64,000 nt of DNA. It comes from an uncultured delta proteobacterium (GTDB taxonomy: Bacteria; Desulfobacterota; Desulfobacteria; Desulfobacterales; Desulfosalsimonadaceae). Position 1 is the first letter of the stretch; each line of letters opens with the position of its first letter. The notes beneath the pieces are model-generated. The model saw only the letters and a list, made by a program, of their open reading frames with translations, was not told the origin of the DNA and did not search any database. Of the stretch, positions 38,609-48,618 are shown in pieces. Location of the stretch: contig CAWGYD010000001.1 in the NCBI GenBank assembly GCA_963826785.1, positions 384,001 through 448,000 on the forward strand, given 5' to 3'. The translations under genes and the position numbers were made by a program.

Positions 38609-40046
38609 ACAAACCGCAGATCCGGATCTGGTCCAGCGCCAGTGGATGGTTCCCATGATGTTTCTCATGGGGGGCCTGATCACCGGAATGATCATCCTCA
38701 AGCTGGCATGGCCGTTTCCCCTCGCGGTGCTGGCCGGACCGGCCGTGCTCGTGGTGTTCATTCTGAAGCCCCAGTATGGACTTTATGCCTTCTTCACCAT
38801 GATCATCCTGATGACCGAATATTTTCCGGAAACCGCGTCGGGCAAAAACATGTTCATCTTCAATGATGCCGATACCATTCAGGGGCTGCCGTCACCGTTG
38901 ATCATGTCGCTGCTGATGATGTTCACGGTCTTTTTTGCCTGGCGGTACTTCATCGAGAAAAAGCCGTCCGTCATCCCTCTGAGATATCTTTTCCTGCTGG
39001 TGGTCATCCTCACCCTGGCGACCCTGACCGGCATGCGAAACGGATGGGACCCCATCGATATCAGGGTCAATTTCATGGCGTTTCTTTTTCCGGCCTTCTG
39101 CTTCTATCTTTGCGTCAATATCCTGACGGAGATGAAGCAGGTCTACTGGATGGTCGGGATCATTTTTGCGGCCTGCGTGGTCAAGTCGGCCATTCTGGGA
39201 CTGTATTACCTCGAGGGGCAGGGCATTGTCATCGGTACCGCCCAGGCGGCCGTCACCTATGATCCATCCGACCTGATGGCGTTTTCCACCATGCTGCTGG
39301 TGGCCTTTGCCATCGTTTCCAAACGCGGCATCCGGTTGCGCCAGATCCTTCTGTTTCTGGCGGCCGCCGCACCGATCCTTTTTGCGGTGCTGTACTCGTT
39401 TCGAAGGGGAATCTGGATCGGAACCACGCTGGCCGTGGTCCTTTACTTTCTGATGAGCCCGCTTGCCACCAAGAAACGGATCATCCGGGGCCTTGTTCTG
39501 TTCACGCTTCTGCTGGCCATCCTGGGCAATATCGACCTGGGCGGAAGCAGCGGCTCCGGCAGCATCATCAACCGCCTGTCTTCCATTCTGGATGCAAAAC
39601 AGGACTCCAATCGGCATCATATGCTCGAGTCCCGGCAGGCACTCTCGGATATCTCCAAAAGCCCCCTTCTGGGGCTCGGCCTGGGATCGAAGCACAAACC
39701 GGTGAAATACATCGACTGGAGTGCGGACGAGCAGCCTGTCGGCACCGTGCACAACACATGGGTTCTGATCTGGATGAAAACCGGCCTGGTGGGCGTATTC
39801 TTTTTCCTGTGGGTCGGGCTGATGTATTTGCGCAGCATCGCTGTTATTGTGCGGCACAACAGGGATAACCGCTATCCGGTCATCCTGGCACTGGCTGCCA
39901 GTATCGGACTGTGGCTGATACAAAGCATCATCACCCCGATTCCCGATTATTATCATCGAAGCTTTCTCATCATGCTCTTCTCGGCCCTGGTGGTTTCATC
40001 TGCTCATATCCTGTCGAATTCATCGAAAGACCGGGTCGAGCGATGA
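38592..40046 (+). CDS. Wzy/O-antigen ligase family polymerase
   Basis: Many TM segments; SFRRGIW, PLLGLGLG, VHNTW..KTGLVG. Confidence 0.85.
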   Translation: MDIEYKQTADPDLVQRQWMVPMMFLMGGLITGMIILKLAWPFPLAVLAGPAVLVVFILKPQYGLYAFFTMIILMTEYFPETASGKNMFIFNDADTIQGLPSPLIMSLLMMFTVFFAWRYFIEKKPSVIPLRYLFLLVVILTLATLTGMRNGWDPIDIRVNFMAFLFPAFCFYLCVNILTEMKQVYWMVGIIFAACVVKSAILGLYYLEGQGIVIGTAQAAVTYDPSDLMAFSTMLLVAFAIVSKRGIRLRQILLFLAAAAPILFAVLYSFRRGIWIGTTLAVVLYFLMSPLATKKRIIRGLVLFTLLLAILGNIDLGGSSGSGSIINRLSSILDAKQDSNRHHMLESRQALSDISKSPLLGLGLGSKHKPVKYIDWSADEQPVGTVHNTWVLIWMKTGLVGVFFFLWVGLMYLRSIAVIVRHNRDNRYPVILALAASIGLWLIQSIITPIPDYYHRSFLIMLFSALVVSSAHILSNSSKDRVER

Positions 40047-40089
40047 ATCGCCCCCTCTTTTTTCCAGGAACTAAAGGATTGAAGGATCT

Positions 40090-41433
40090 ATGTTACAACG
40101 GCTGATACACGGCTCATTCTGGGCCACTTCGGAGAAAATGGTCTCGGTTTTTCTCGGGTTTGCCAGTTATTTTCTGCTGGCCCACCTGCTTTCGCCTCAT
40201 GAAATGGGCGCCTATTTTCTGACCATGAGCCTGGTGGCCCTTTCCGCCACCCTCGCCCAACTGGGTTTGAATCAGACCATTGTCCGCCTGGTGGCCGAAG
40301 CGGTTGGAACCGGCCGGCCGGGGCGTGCCGCCGCTGCGGTGAAGAAGGTCATGCTGTACGGGGGGGCCGGCGCCCTGGTGGTGGCGGGCATCCTGATATC
40401 GGGAGCGGGCCGGTGGGTGGCCGTGGAGGTCTTTCATTCGTCCTTGATGGCCCATGTCATGGTTCTGGCCGGGATCATGCTGATCATGACCACTTTTCAG
40501 GGACTGCTCAGTGAATCTTTCCGGGGATTCTATGATATCCGGTATGCCAGCATCTTCAGCGGCTTCTTTTCCACTTTGATCTCCATTCTCCTGTTTTTCA
40601 TCCTGTGGATGAAAACAGGCCATGCCGACCTGGCGACGGTGATGATCCTTTCCATCATCGGCGGGACCACCAGCAACCTGGCCGCCGCTTTTCTGCTGAA
40701 GCGGAAAGTGAATACCGTTGCCGGCAAGGATGAACTCAGGCGGCGGGAAATTCTAACCATTGCCTGGCCCATGCTGGTGACCAATCTGACCCTGTTCGTG
40801 CTCAACCAGATGTCCATATGGGTGGTGGGCGCATTCCTGCCGGAAAGCCAGGTGGCCGTCTACGGGGCGGCCCTGCGATTCGCCCTTCTGTTGGAAAAGC
40901 CCCTGCTGATCGCCAATGCATTTCTGCCGCCCATCATTGCCGAGATGTACTTTACCGGCCGGAAAACCGAATTGGAGAGAATCATCCGTACGGTGGCGGC
41001 CTTTGTGAGCATACCGGCGCTTCTTCTGCTGCTGGGGTTCATCCTGTTCGGAAAGATGATGCTGGGGATCATTTTCGGAGAATTCTACCAGTCGGGCACC
41101 ATCCTGCTGCTGATCCTGAGCATGGGGCAATTCATCAATGTCTGGTCCGGGTCCTGCGGCATCACCCTGATGATGACCGGACACCAGAAGTACATGATGG
41201 GCATCACGGTGGTATGCGGACTGCTGGGACTCGGCGCATCCATTATCCTCGTTCAGCTCTACGGCGCCCTGGGTGTGGCCATCTCTTTCAGTGCCACCCT
41301 CTCGACGCAGAATATTCTGATGCTGGTGTTTTGCCGGATCAAAACCGGTATCTGGGCATTTGCGCATTTTTCATGGCCCGCCTTCCGCCGTCTGATCAAG
41401 TCCGAGCCCTTAAACGAACCTGCAAGGCCCTGA
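40090..41433 (+). CDS. Wzx-type flippase
   Basis: Polytopic MOP-family pattern; LSPHEMG, LGLNQTIVR, VAVYGAALR, YGALGVA. Confidence 0.9.
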   Translation: MLQRLIHGSFWATSEKMVSVFLGFASYFLLAHLLSPHEMGAYFLTMSLVALSATLAQLGLNQTIVRLVAEAVGTGRPGRAAAAVKKVMLYGGAGALVVAGILISGAGRWVAVEVFHSSLMAHVMVLAGIMLIMTTFQGLLSESFRGFYDIRYASIFSGFFSTLISILLFFILWMKTGHADLATVMILSIIGGTTSNLAAAFLLKRKVNTVAGKDELRRREILTIAWPMLVTNLTLFVLNQMSIWVVGAFLPESQVAVYGAALRFALLLEKPLLIANAFLPPIIAEMYFTGRKTELERIIRTVAAFVSIPALLLLLGFILFGKMMLGIIFGEFYQSGTILLLILSMGQFINVWSGSCGITLMMTGHQKYMMGITVVCGLLGLGASIILVQLYGALGVAISFSATLSTQNILMLVFCRIKTGIWAFAHFSWPAFRRLIKSEPLNEPARP

Positions 41434-41465
41434 TCAGATAAAATCAAACACAGGAGCATTTTTTT

Positions 41466-42443
41466 ATGACCCAAACGGTGCCATATCCCATTCCGCTTTT
41501 CCTTTGCTCCCTGCCGCGCTCCGGCTCGACCCTGCTGCAGCGGATGCTGGCGGCCCATGCGCATATTTCGACGGCATCGGAGCCGTGGGTGGCACTTCCG
41601 TTTCTGTATGCCACCAGGACATCCGGGATCATGGCCGAATACAACCAGAAGGCGCTGCACGCGGCATTAAATGATTTTTTTGCCCAGCTGCCCAATGGAA
41701 AATCCGATTTTGATGCCGAGATCAGGACATTGATCCTCCGGCTGTACCGGAAAGCCTCAAAACCCGGCAGCATCTACTTTCTGGATAAAACACCCCGTTA
41801 TCTGCTGGTGGCCGAGGACCTGTTCAGATTGTTTCCGGATGCCCGGTTCATTTTTTTGTACCGGTCTCCTCTGGCGGTGGCTGCATCCATCATCGAGACC
41901 TTCGGTGAGGGAAGATACAATCTCCCCTATTACGCCGTCGATCTGTTCGCCTGTCTGGAAAACATGCTGACCTGCCAGGGCACTTATGAAGACCGGATCT
42001 GCCGGGTCAGATACGAGGACCTGGTGGAAGGCCCCGAAAGGCAGCTTTCTAAGATCGCAACCTATCTGAACCTTTCCTATTCGGACGCGCTGGTTTCCGG
42101 AGTGGCCGGAACCCGGCTGAGGGGGACCCTGGGGGATCGGACGGGCGCCGGCCAGTATGCCTCCGTCAGCACCGAACCCCTGGAAAAATGGAAAAACAGC
42201 CTGGGGAGCCCCCGGCGCAAAAGATGGTGCCGGCAGTATCTGCAATGGATCGGAGAGGCGCGCCTTATGCAGATGGGATATGATTTAAGCCACTTGAAAT
42301 CGGAGCTCGATTCGGTCCCTTTTCGATTCAAAACGTTTTTTTCCGATTTGCGGACTTCGGCCCGGCGGATGAAAACAGGCGCCGAGAAGGATCGAAGAAT
42401 CGCATACGACCATGACATCGTTGCCGTCCCCTCCGACGGATGA
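41466..42443 (+). CDS. Sulfotransferase
   Basis: 5'-PSB RSGSTLL, DKTPRY, 3'-PB YRSPLAVAAS, RYEDLV. Confidence 0.92.
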   Translation: MTQTVPYPIPLFLCSLPRSGSTLLQRMLAAHAHISTASEPWVALPFLYATRTSGIMAEYNQKALHAALNDFFAQLPNGKSDFDAEIRTLILRLYRKASKPGSIYFLDKTPRYLLVAEDLFRLFPDARFIFLYRSPLAVAASIIETFGEGRYNLPYYAVDLFACLENMLTCQGTYEDRICRVRYEDLVEGPERQLSKIATYLNLSYSDALVSGVAGTRLRGTLGDRTGAGQYASVSTEPLEKWKNSLGSPRRKRWCRQYLQWIGEARLMQMGYDLSHLKSELDSVPFRFKTFFSDLRTSARRMKTGAEKDRRIAYDHDIVAVPSDG

Positions 42444-42459
42444 AGGAAGCGCTGAAGCG

Positions 42460-43743
42460 ATGAACATCCTGATGCTCAATTTCGGACAAAAAGACCACGG
42501 CACCTGGTACCGGCCGCATGCATGGGCAAGCTACCTGGTCCGGGCCGGGCATGCGGTCACCATCATCTGCGTTTCCGCAAGCGAACGACTCCGGCGCCGC
42601 GTTTACCTGCAAAACGGGATCCGCATTATCGAAACGCCATACTTCATGAGCGGCAAATATGCCATGGATCGGCTCGCAGGCGCTCCCGGGTGGGGTATTC
42701 TGGATATCGCCATGCGGCTGGGAGAGATCAAAAGGCATCGCTACGATGTCATCCATTGTTTCGAGCATTTCATGAATGTGTCCATCCCCGCTTACCGCAC
42801 ACTGGTGAAAAAGCACAATCCGGCCGTTCTGGTATCGGACTGGTGCGATCTGTACAGCGCGGGCGGATTCAGAGATCAATACGGGTACCGGCTCAACCGG
42901 ATCTATTCCAGGGCCGGCCTGCCTCTGCGACGGCTGATGGATTTTCTGGAGCGCGACCTGCGCCGCCGGGCTTCGGCGGTAACGGTGATCAGCCGCTTTT
43001 TACAAGACCGCGCCACGGCGATGGGCGTGGACCCTCAAAAGGTTTTTCTGATCCGGGGCAGCGTGGATACCACGGCGGTGGCGGCCGTGGACCGGTCGGT
43101 CGCCCGGCGGCGGACCGGCCTGGCTATGGAATCATCAGTGCTGGGGTTCCTGGGGACCCACCAGTCGGACGTGGACTTTTCACTGGCCGCATTTCGCCGC
43201 GTGCTCGAGCGCAATCCCGGTGCGGTTTTTGTCATCATCGGGCGCATCAGCCCGGAGATCGACCGCCAAGTGCGCGCTTCTGGGATGGAAAATCGGATTG
43301 TCCAGACCGGATGGTGCTCCCAGGAAGAGATGATCGACTACCTGTCGGCCTCGGATGTCTTTGTCCTGCCCATGAAGCCCAATCCGGTGAACGAGGCCCG
43401 CTGGCCCAACAAGATCGGTGAGTACATGGCCATGGGGCGGCCGGTGGTCACCACCCGGGTCGGGGATGTGGCACAGATGATCGAGGAAGAAGCCATCGGC
43501 CGGGTGTCGGACACCGATCCGGAAGACTTTGCCCGACACATTTCATTTTTGATTGAAAATGAGCCGCTTTCGCTGGCCATGGGGGAAAATGCCCGGAAAC
43601 TGGCGGAGAAAAAATTTGATACCCGCGTCCAGGGCGCATTCGTGGAATCCCTGTATGATTCATTACTGGCGGAGGCGTCGGTCCGAAATCCGGCCGGAAA
43701 ACGGTTCGTGAAGGAAAAAGATAATGAAAAATGGCCCAACTGA
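42460..43743 (+). CDS. Glycosyltransferase family 4
   Basis: DVFVLP, PNKIGEYMAMGRPVVTTRVGD. Confidence 0.92.
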   Translation: MNILMLNFGQKDHGTWYRPHAWASYLVRAGHAVTIICVSASERLRRRVYLQNGIRIIETPYFMSGKYAMDRLAGAPGWGILDIAMRLGEIKRHRYDVIHCFEHFMNVSIPAYRTLVKKHNPAVLVSDWCDLYSAGGFRDQYGYRLNRIYSRAGLPLRRLMDFLERDLRRRASAVTVISRFLQDRATAMGVDPQKVFLIRGSVDTTAVAAVDRSVARRRTGLAMESSVLGFLGTHQSDVDFSLAAFRRVLERNPGAVFVIIGRISPEIDRQVRASGMENRIVQTGWCSQEEMIDYLSASDVFVLPMKPNPVNEARWPNKIGEYMAMGRPVVTTRVGDVAQMIEEEAIGRVSDTDPEDFARHISFLIENEPLSLAMGENARKLAEKKFDTRVQGAFVESLYDSLLAEASVRNPAGKRFVKEKDNEKWPN

Positions 43744-44767
43744 TCTGAATGCCCGATCCGGGCCGGACCTGAGCGTGGTCATCCCGACCTACAACCGGGC
43801 GGATTTTCTCAAAGAGACGCTCGCGCATCTGCTTGATCAATCTCTTGATCCGCACCGATTCGAGGTCATTGTGGTGGATGACGGATCAGAAGACGAGACC
43901 CTGGATATGCTTGCCGCATCCGGCCCGCAATGGGAGGAGCGTCTGGTGGTGTTGCGCCAAGACCACAAGTTTTCGGGGGCGGCCCGGAACCTGGGGGTGG
44001 CCCATGCCCGGGGCCGGGTTATCCTTTCCATGGACGACGATATCATGGCCGATGGCGACATGCTCCGGCACCATCTCCGCCTTCATGAAAAATACCCCGG
44101 CCGGAGCACCATGGTGATGGGACGGGTGATCACCGGCAGCCGGAAGATGGACCTTTGCGATCCGGACGACCGCACCGTCACCGCCATATCGAAAACCAAC
44201 CAGGGGGATGACATCCTGGACCCCAGCGCATTCACCACCCAGAATGCGTCCTTCAAGCGCCGGTTTTTTCAGGAATGCGGGGGGTTTACCCCGGGCTTGA
44301 AAAGACTCGATGATCTGGATCTGGCGTTTCGGATGAAAGCCGGATACGTGCGGCTCCTTTACTGCAAAGAGGCCGTGGGCACCCATGTGCGCCCGCTGGA
44401 GACGGTGGATGCGGTCATCGATATGGGAAAACTCTATGGCCGGACCCTTGCGGAAAACTATGATCGGCTCTCCTGGGTAAACCGTGAATTCGTCCGCCTG
44501 GGCGCCCGGTTCAACGGCGGCTGGGCACATTTCGTGGAATCGCCGTCCGGCTACATCAAAGATGCAGTTCGTCGCCTGGCGATCAATCGGCTGACCATTG
44601 GGGTATTGGTATGGGCCACCATGCGGCTGCCCCGCATCAATCCGCCCTCAAGGACCGTGGTCCGCTGCTGCCGTGAAATCTGGGCCTTTTATTATCGTCA
44701 TGAATTTGAACGGACCCGGAAGCGGCTTGCCGGCAAAAATCTTCGATATCAGGCGGAGAATTCTTGA
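43724..44767 (+). CDS. Glycosyltransferase family 2
   Basis: SVVIPTYNR, VVDDGSED, MDDD, DLDLAFR. Confidence 0.92.
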   Translation: MKNGPTDLNARSGPDLSVVIPTYNRADFLKETLAHLLDQSLDPHRFEVIVVDDGSEDETLDMLAASGPQWEERLVVLRQDHKFSGAARNLGVAHARGRVILSMDDDIMADGDMLRHHLRLHEKYPGRSTMVMGRVITGSRKMDLCDPDDRTVTAISKTNQGDDILDPSAFTTQNASFKRRFFQECGGFTPGLKRLDDLDLAFRMKAGYVRLLYCKEAVGTHVRPLETVDAVIDMGKLYGRTLAENYDRLSWVNREFVRLGARFNGGWAHFVESPSGYIKDAVRRLAINRLTIGVLVWATMRLPRINPPSRTVVRCCREIWAFYYRHEFERTRKRLAGKNLRYQAENS

Positions 44768-45814
44768 ATGGAAAATTTGCGCCAAAAAATTATTTTCATC
44801 TCCTGGAAAACGGGAATCCCCAGATCTGCGGGGCTGTCTGACGCCCTCGGTGCAACCCCTTATTATATTGAATACCTGCCCAATGCGCCAAAAGCCCTGC
44901 TCCCCTTGCGGTACCTGCTTCAGGCGGGAAAAACGATATCCATCATCATGGGGCAACGCCCGGACATCATTTTTGCCATGAATCCCCCCATCATATTGCC
45001 GCTGGTGGCCTACCTGGTCTCTGTATTTACGGGGGCGAAGCTCGTGATCGATTCCCATACCGGCGCGTTTATCGGCAAATGGGCGGCCTTTCTGCCCCTT
45101 CACCGGTTTTTGTCCAGGCGATCCCTCATGACCGTCGTGACCAATGACCATCTGAAACAGATTGTGGACGGCTGGGGAGCCAACGGGATCATTATGGAGG
45201 ATCGTCTGCCCGAACTCGGATGGGAAAAACCGCCTGTGATCACCCGCAGGCCGTCGGTCTGCGTGATCAATTCCTTTTCCAAAGACGAACCGCTGGGTGA
45301 AATCCTGTCGGCCGCCCGGAATCTTCCGGCATGTGATTTCTACATCACGGGCCGTCTTCCGGCCCGGACCACCCCTTTGTTTGAAAAAAAGACCCAGAAC
45401 GTGATCTTTACCGATTACATCCCCGATGCGGAATATGTGCGCCTGATCCGTTCCGTGGATGTGATCATGGTGCTGGTCAATACGGATCACACCATGCTGT
45501 GCGGGGCGTATGAAGCGGTGGCCGTGGAAAAGCCGCTGATCACCTCCGACTGGCCGGTGCTCCGGGAGTATTTTTCAAAGGGGACCCTTTATGTGGATAA
45601 CCGGCCGGTTCAGATCGAGCGCGCCATAGGGCAGGCCCTGAAACGAAAGCACAAGTTGTCCGCAGAGATGAAGGACCTCAAAGCCCTGATCCGGTCCCGC
45701 TGGGAAGCGCGATTCGCGGCCCTCACGTCCGCCCTGGGACAACCGTCGGGCCGCCGGTCAGCGACCCCGGCGACTTCCACCGGCCCCGCGTCCCGGCGGC
45801 TTTTTCCGTCATGA
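44768..45814 (+). CDS. Glycosyltransferase (GT-B fold)
   Basis: DSHTGAF, SKDEP, CGAYEAVAVEKPLITSD. Confidence 0.85.
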   Translation: MENLRQKIIFISWKTGIPRSAGLSDALGATPYYIEYLPNAPKALLPLRYLLQAGKTISIIMGQRPDIIFAMNPPIILPLVAYLVSVFTGAKLVIDSHTGAFIGKWAAFLPLHRFLSRRSLMTVVTNDHLKQIVDGWGANGIIMEDRLPELGWEKPPVITRRPSVCVINSFSKDEPLGEILSAARNLPACDFYITGRLPARTTPLFEKKTQNVIFTDYIPDAEYVRLIRSVDVIMVLVNTDHTMLCGAYEAVAVEKPLITSDWPVLREYFSKGTLYVDNRPVQIERAIGQALKRKHKLSAEMKDLKALIRSRWEARFAALTSALGQPSGRRSATPATSTGPASRRLFPS

Positions 45815-45824
45815 GGCGGGCGAC

Positions 45825-47657
45825 ATGAGAGCGGCCATCAAAACCCGGGTAAACGCATCCGGCCCCATATCCTCCCCGATTTTCATCCCCGATATTGAGA
45901 CCTCCCATCAGGTGTTTTCAGCCCTGGCCGATCAAGGATTTCCGCTTCAGACTGGAAAAAAAGGAGAAATTGCGCATCCAGGTGATTATCCCGTGGCCGT
46001 GGTGGACGGCCAGAGCGCTGCGGGAAGGGATGACTGGCTGGCATATGCGGCCGGCGGCGGCAGCCTGATGATGATCCACCCGCACGCTTCATGGGCGCAG
46101 GCCATTGGATTTTCAGGTCATATGCAAAGCATGGACAAAGCATGCCTGCGTTTTTCAAAAAGCCTGAACGATCCGATCGAGATACGCGGAAAGATCGACA
46201 CCTGGGGGAATGGGCCGGGAAATATCCTGGCAGGATTCACCACCGCATCACATGGGGGGCAGGGGCCTTTGTTGCCGGGCATTGTGGAGTTGCCTTTTGG
46301 AGAAGGCAGCATCCTGGTGCTCCTGTTTTCGCTTGACGGATACATCTGCTTCCTCCATCAGCGCAACCATGAAATCGCCATCGAGGCGGGGGTCGGCAGC
46401 GCGGAGCGGATTGCGATCTCTGGAATGGACCCGGCCTTCCTGCGCCTCCCCCAGATCGACCTGCTGATGGGTTTCTTGAGCGGATGGATCTGCCGTCAAC
46501 TGGATCGCGCCGACCGGCCCCTTCCCATGTTTGCGCCCCTGCCGGGAGGGCGCCGAAGCATGGTGACCTTCAGCTTCGATGATGTGGCCCCCAGCGGAAA
46601 ACCCGTGAGAGGTGCCCTTGAACGGCTGCGCCGGGCCGAACCGAAGGCTGTGGGCCGCCCGGCACTCGCCCGGAAGATTTTCGATGTGAAAGCGGTGGGG
46701 CGGCAGCTGGTTGGCTATCCGTTCAATTACAGGGAGCAGGCGCAGAAGCTGGTCTCTTTATTTAATCGATATGATGCCTCGGGAAGCGTTTACGTGCTGC
46801 CGTTTGCCGCATGTATACAGAACCGTCCCCGGATAACCGGTTTTTCGGGATTTTCGAAAAAGACCTTTGACCTGTTGATCGAAAACGGCTGGGATGTGGG
46901 AACGCATCTCAAACCGGGTCAGCTGTCGGATTACACAGCCATGCACCGGGCTTTTTGCGGTCGTTTCAGGGTCTCGCCCCGCGGGCACCGGGGCCATGAA
47001 CTGGGGTGGGTCGGCTGGGATGAGGATTTTTCGGAACTGGCGGACATGGGATATGCCTACGACACCACATGGAACTGGGGCGGCCACGGCGGGCTTGCCT
47101 GGGTGCTGGGAACGGCATATCCCTTCCATCCCCGGGACCGCCGGGGAAAGTCTTTATCCATTCTTGAAATGCCGGTAACCGCCTGGCTGGAAGATCTTTT
47201 TCAGGATGCCGACAGTAGCCTGAGGGCCATTGAACAGGCCATGGACCGGTATCCCGGCATATACCATTTCGGCGGCCACAGCAGCCTGATGGTGACCTCG
47301 TCGGCGTATGCCGGGCTGGTGGAGGACATCCTGTCCATGGCCACCCGGCGGCCGGATGCGGGAATTGACAAAAACGTCGGTCAACTGGCCGATTTCTGGA
47401 TGAAGCGGGAGCGCTCCGGCATCGACCGGTTGTTCTGGGATTTCAATTCAGCCTCGATTTCCTGCCGGGTGGAAAGTTTTTGCGATGACGGTCAATTAAA
47501 CCTGTACCTGCCCCGGAAATGGCGGGATCTGGTCCTCCGATCCGTTCTCATCGATCATAAAGCGGTCGTTTTTTCGGATACACCCACCGGCGCTGCCGTT
47601 ATTCCACTGGCAAAAGGCCTTCAGGAGATGACGGCCTTTTTCGGAGATATATCATGA
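45825..47657 (+). CDS. Hypothetical protein with polysaccharide deacetylase-like domain
   Basis: FSFDD, DVGTH, GHRGH, YDTT, GTAYPF; coupled within the EPS operon. Confidence 0.6.
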   Translation: MRAAIKTRVNASGPISSPIFIPDIETSHQVFSALADQGFPLQTGKKGEIAHPGDYPVAVVDGQSAAGRDDWLAYAAGGGSLMMIHPHASWAQAIGFSGHMQSMDKACLRFSKSLNDPIEIRGKIDTWGNGPGNILAGFTTASHGGQGPLLPGIVELPFGEGSILVLLFSLDGYICFLHQRNHEIAIEAGVGSAERIAISGMDPAFLRLPQIDLLMGFLSGWICRQLDRADRPLPMFAPLPGGRRSMVTFSFDDVAPSGKPVRGALERLRRAEPKAVGRPALARKIFDVKAVGRQLVGYPFNYREQAQKLVSLFNRYDASGSVYVLPFAACIQNRPRITGFSGFSKKTFDLLIENGWDVGTHLKPGQLSDYTAMHRAFCGRFRVSPRGHRGHELGWVGWDEDFSELADMGYAYDTTWNWGGHGGLAWVLGTAYPFHPRDRRGKSLSILEMPVTAWLEDLFQDADSSLRAIEQAMDRYPGIYHFGGHSSLMVTSSAYAGLVEDILSMATRRPDAGIDKNVGQLADFWMKRERSGIDRLFWDFNSASISCRVESFCDDGQLNLYLPRKWRDLVLRSVLIDHKAVVFSDTPTGAAVIPLAKGLQEMTAFFGDIS

Positions 47658-48472
47658 GAAACCATGCTGAAGAAAGCGTGTCAACATTTTACAATACAAA
47701 GGGATGGAAAACTGAAGGGGAAATTACTGAAGATGCCAAAAAATGGGAGGACTTGAGGGCGCACGCCCGGGCATATGTCAGCCGGTGCCGCTTAAGGATC
47801 TTGAGGCACATACCCGAAAACGGCATGAATATCCTGGACATGGCCTCCGGACCGATACAGTATAGAGAGTACCTGGCATTTTCAGAAAATTTCGAGAAGC
47901 GCTACTGCATCGATTTGTCATCGGATGCGTTAAGGCAGGCCGGAATGAAAATCGGGGCGCATGGCGTTTTTCTGCATGGCAGCTTCTTTGATATCGGCCT
48001 GGAGGAGAATTTTTTTGATTGTGCCGTCAGCCTTCACACCATCTATCATATGGACAAGGAAAGGCAGGAAGGGGCCGTACGCAAATTGCTCCATGTCACC
48101 AAGCCGGGAAAACCGGTCATCATTGTATACAGCAATCCCAATTCGATAATTCTGGCCGCAGAATCGTTTTTACGATTATTCAAAAGAGCGGCACCGTCTT
48201 TGAACAAGCAGAAGAACGAAGGAGAAAATGGGCAAAATCCGATTCTGTATTACCATGCGCACCCGATCTCATGGTGGCGCCGATTCAGCGACAGCGCGAG
48301 TGTGAAAATTCTGCCCTGGCGCTCATTTGATGCAGATACGCAAAAAAAGATTATACCGGATAACCGGACCGGCAGAAAAATGCTGGACATCCTGTTTGAC
48401 CTGGAAGACCGGTTCCCGAATTTTTTCGTCCGATTTTTTCAATATCCCATGATTATTCTTACAAAAAAGTAA
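47654..48472 (+). CDS. Class I SAM-dependent methyltransferase
   Basis: ILDMASGP, CIDLS, FDCAVSLHTIYH, TKPG. Confidence 0.88.
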   Translation: MRNHAEESVSTFYNTKGWKTEGEITEDAKKWEDLRAHARAYVSRCRLRILRHIPENGMNILDMASGPIQYREYLAFSENFEKRYCIDLSSDALRQAGMKIGAHGVFLHGSFFDIGLEENFFDCAVSLHTIYHMDKERQEGAVRKLLHVTKPGKPVIIVYSNPNSIILAAESFLRLFKRAAPSLNKQKNEGENGQNPILYYHAHPISWWRRFSDSASVKILPWRSFDADTQKKIIPDNRTGRKMLDILFDLEDRFPNFFVRFFQYPMIILTKK

Positions 48473-48556
48473 GGGGTTCTCATCATCTAACAGATCCGCT
48501 GCACGTGCGCGCGGGGTCAGGGGGGCACCCATCTGCCCCCTGGCTTATACCCTTAC

Positions 48557-48600
48557 AAAAAAACCGGCGCCGGACTCATGAGTCCGGCGCCGGTTTTTTT
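48557..48600. terminator. Bidirectional terminator (44-bp perfect palindrome)
   Basis: aaaaaaaccggcgccggactca|tgagtccggcgccggttttttt between convergent genes. Confidence 0.85.
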
Positions 48601-48618
48601 TGCTCCTACTTCGATCTT

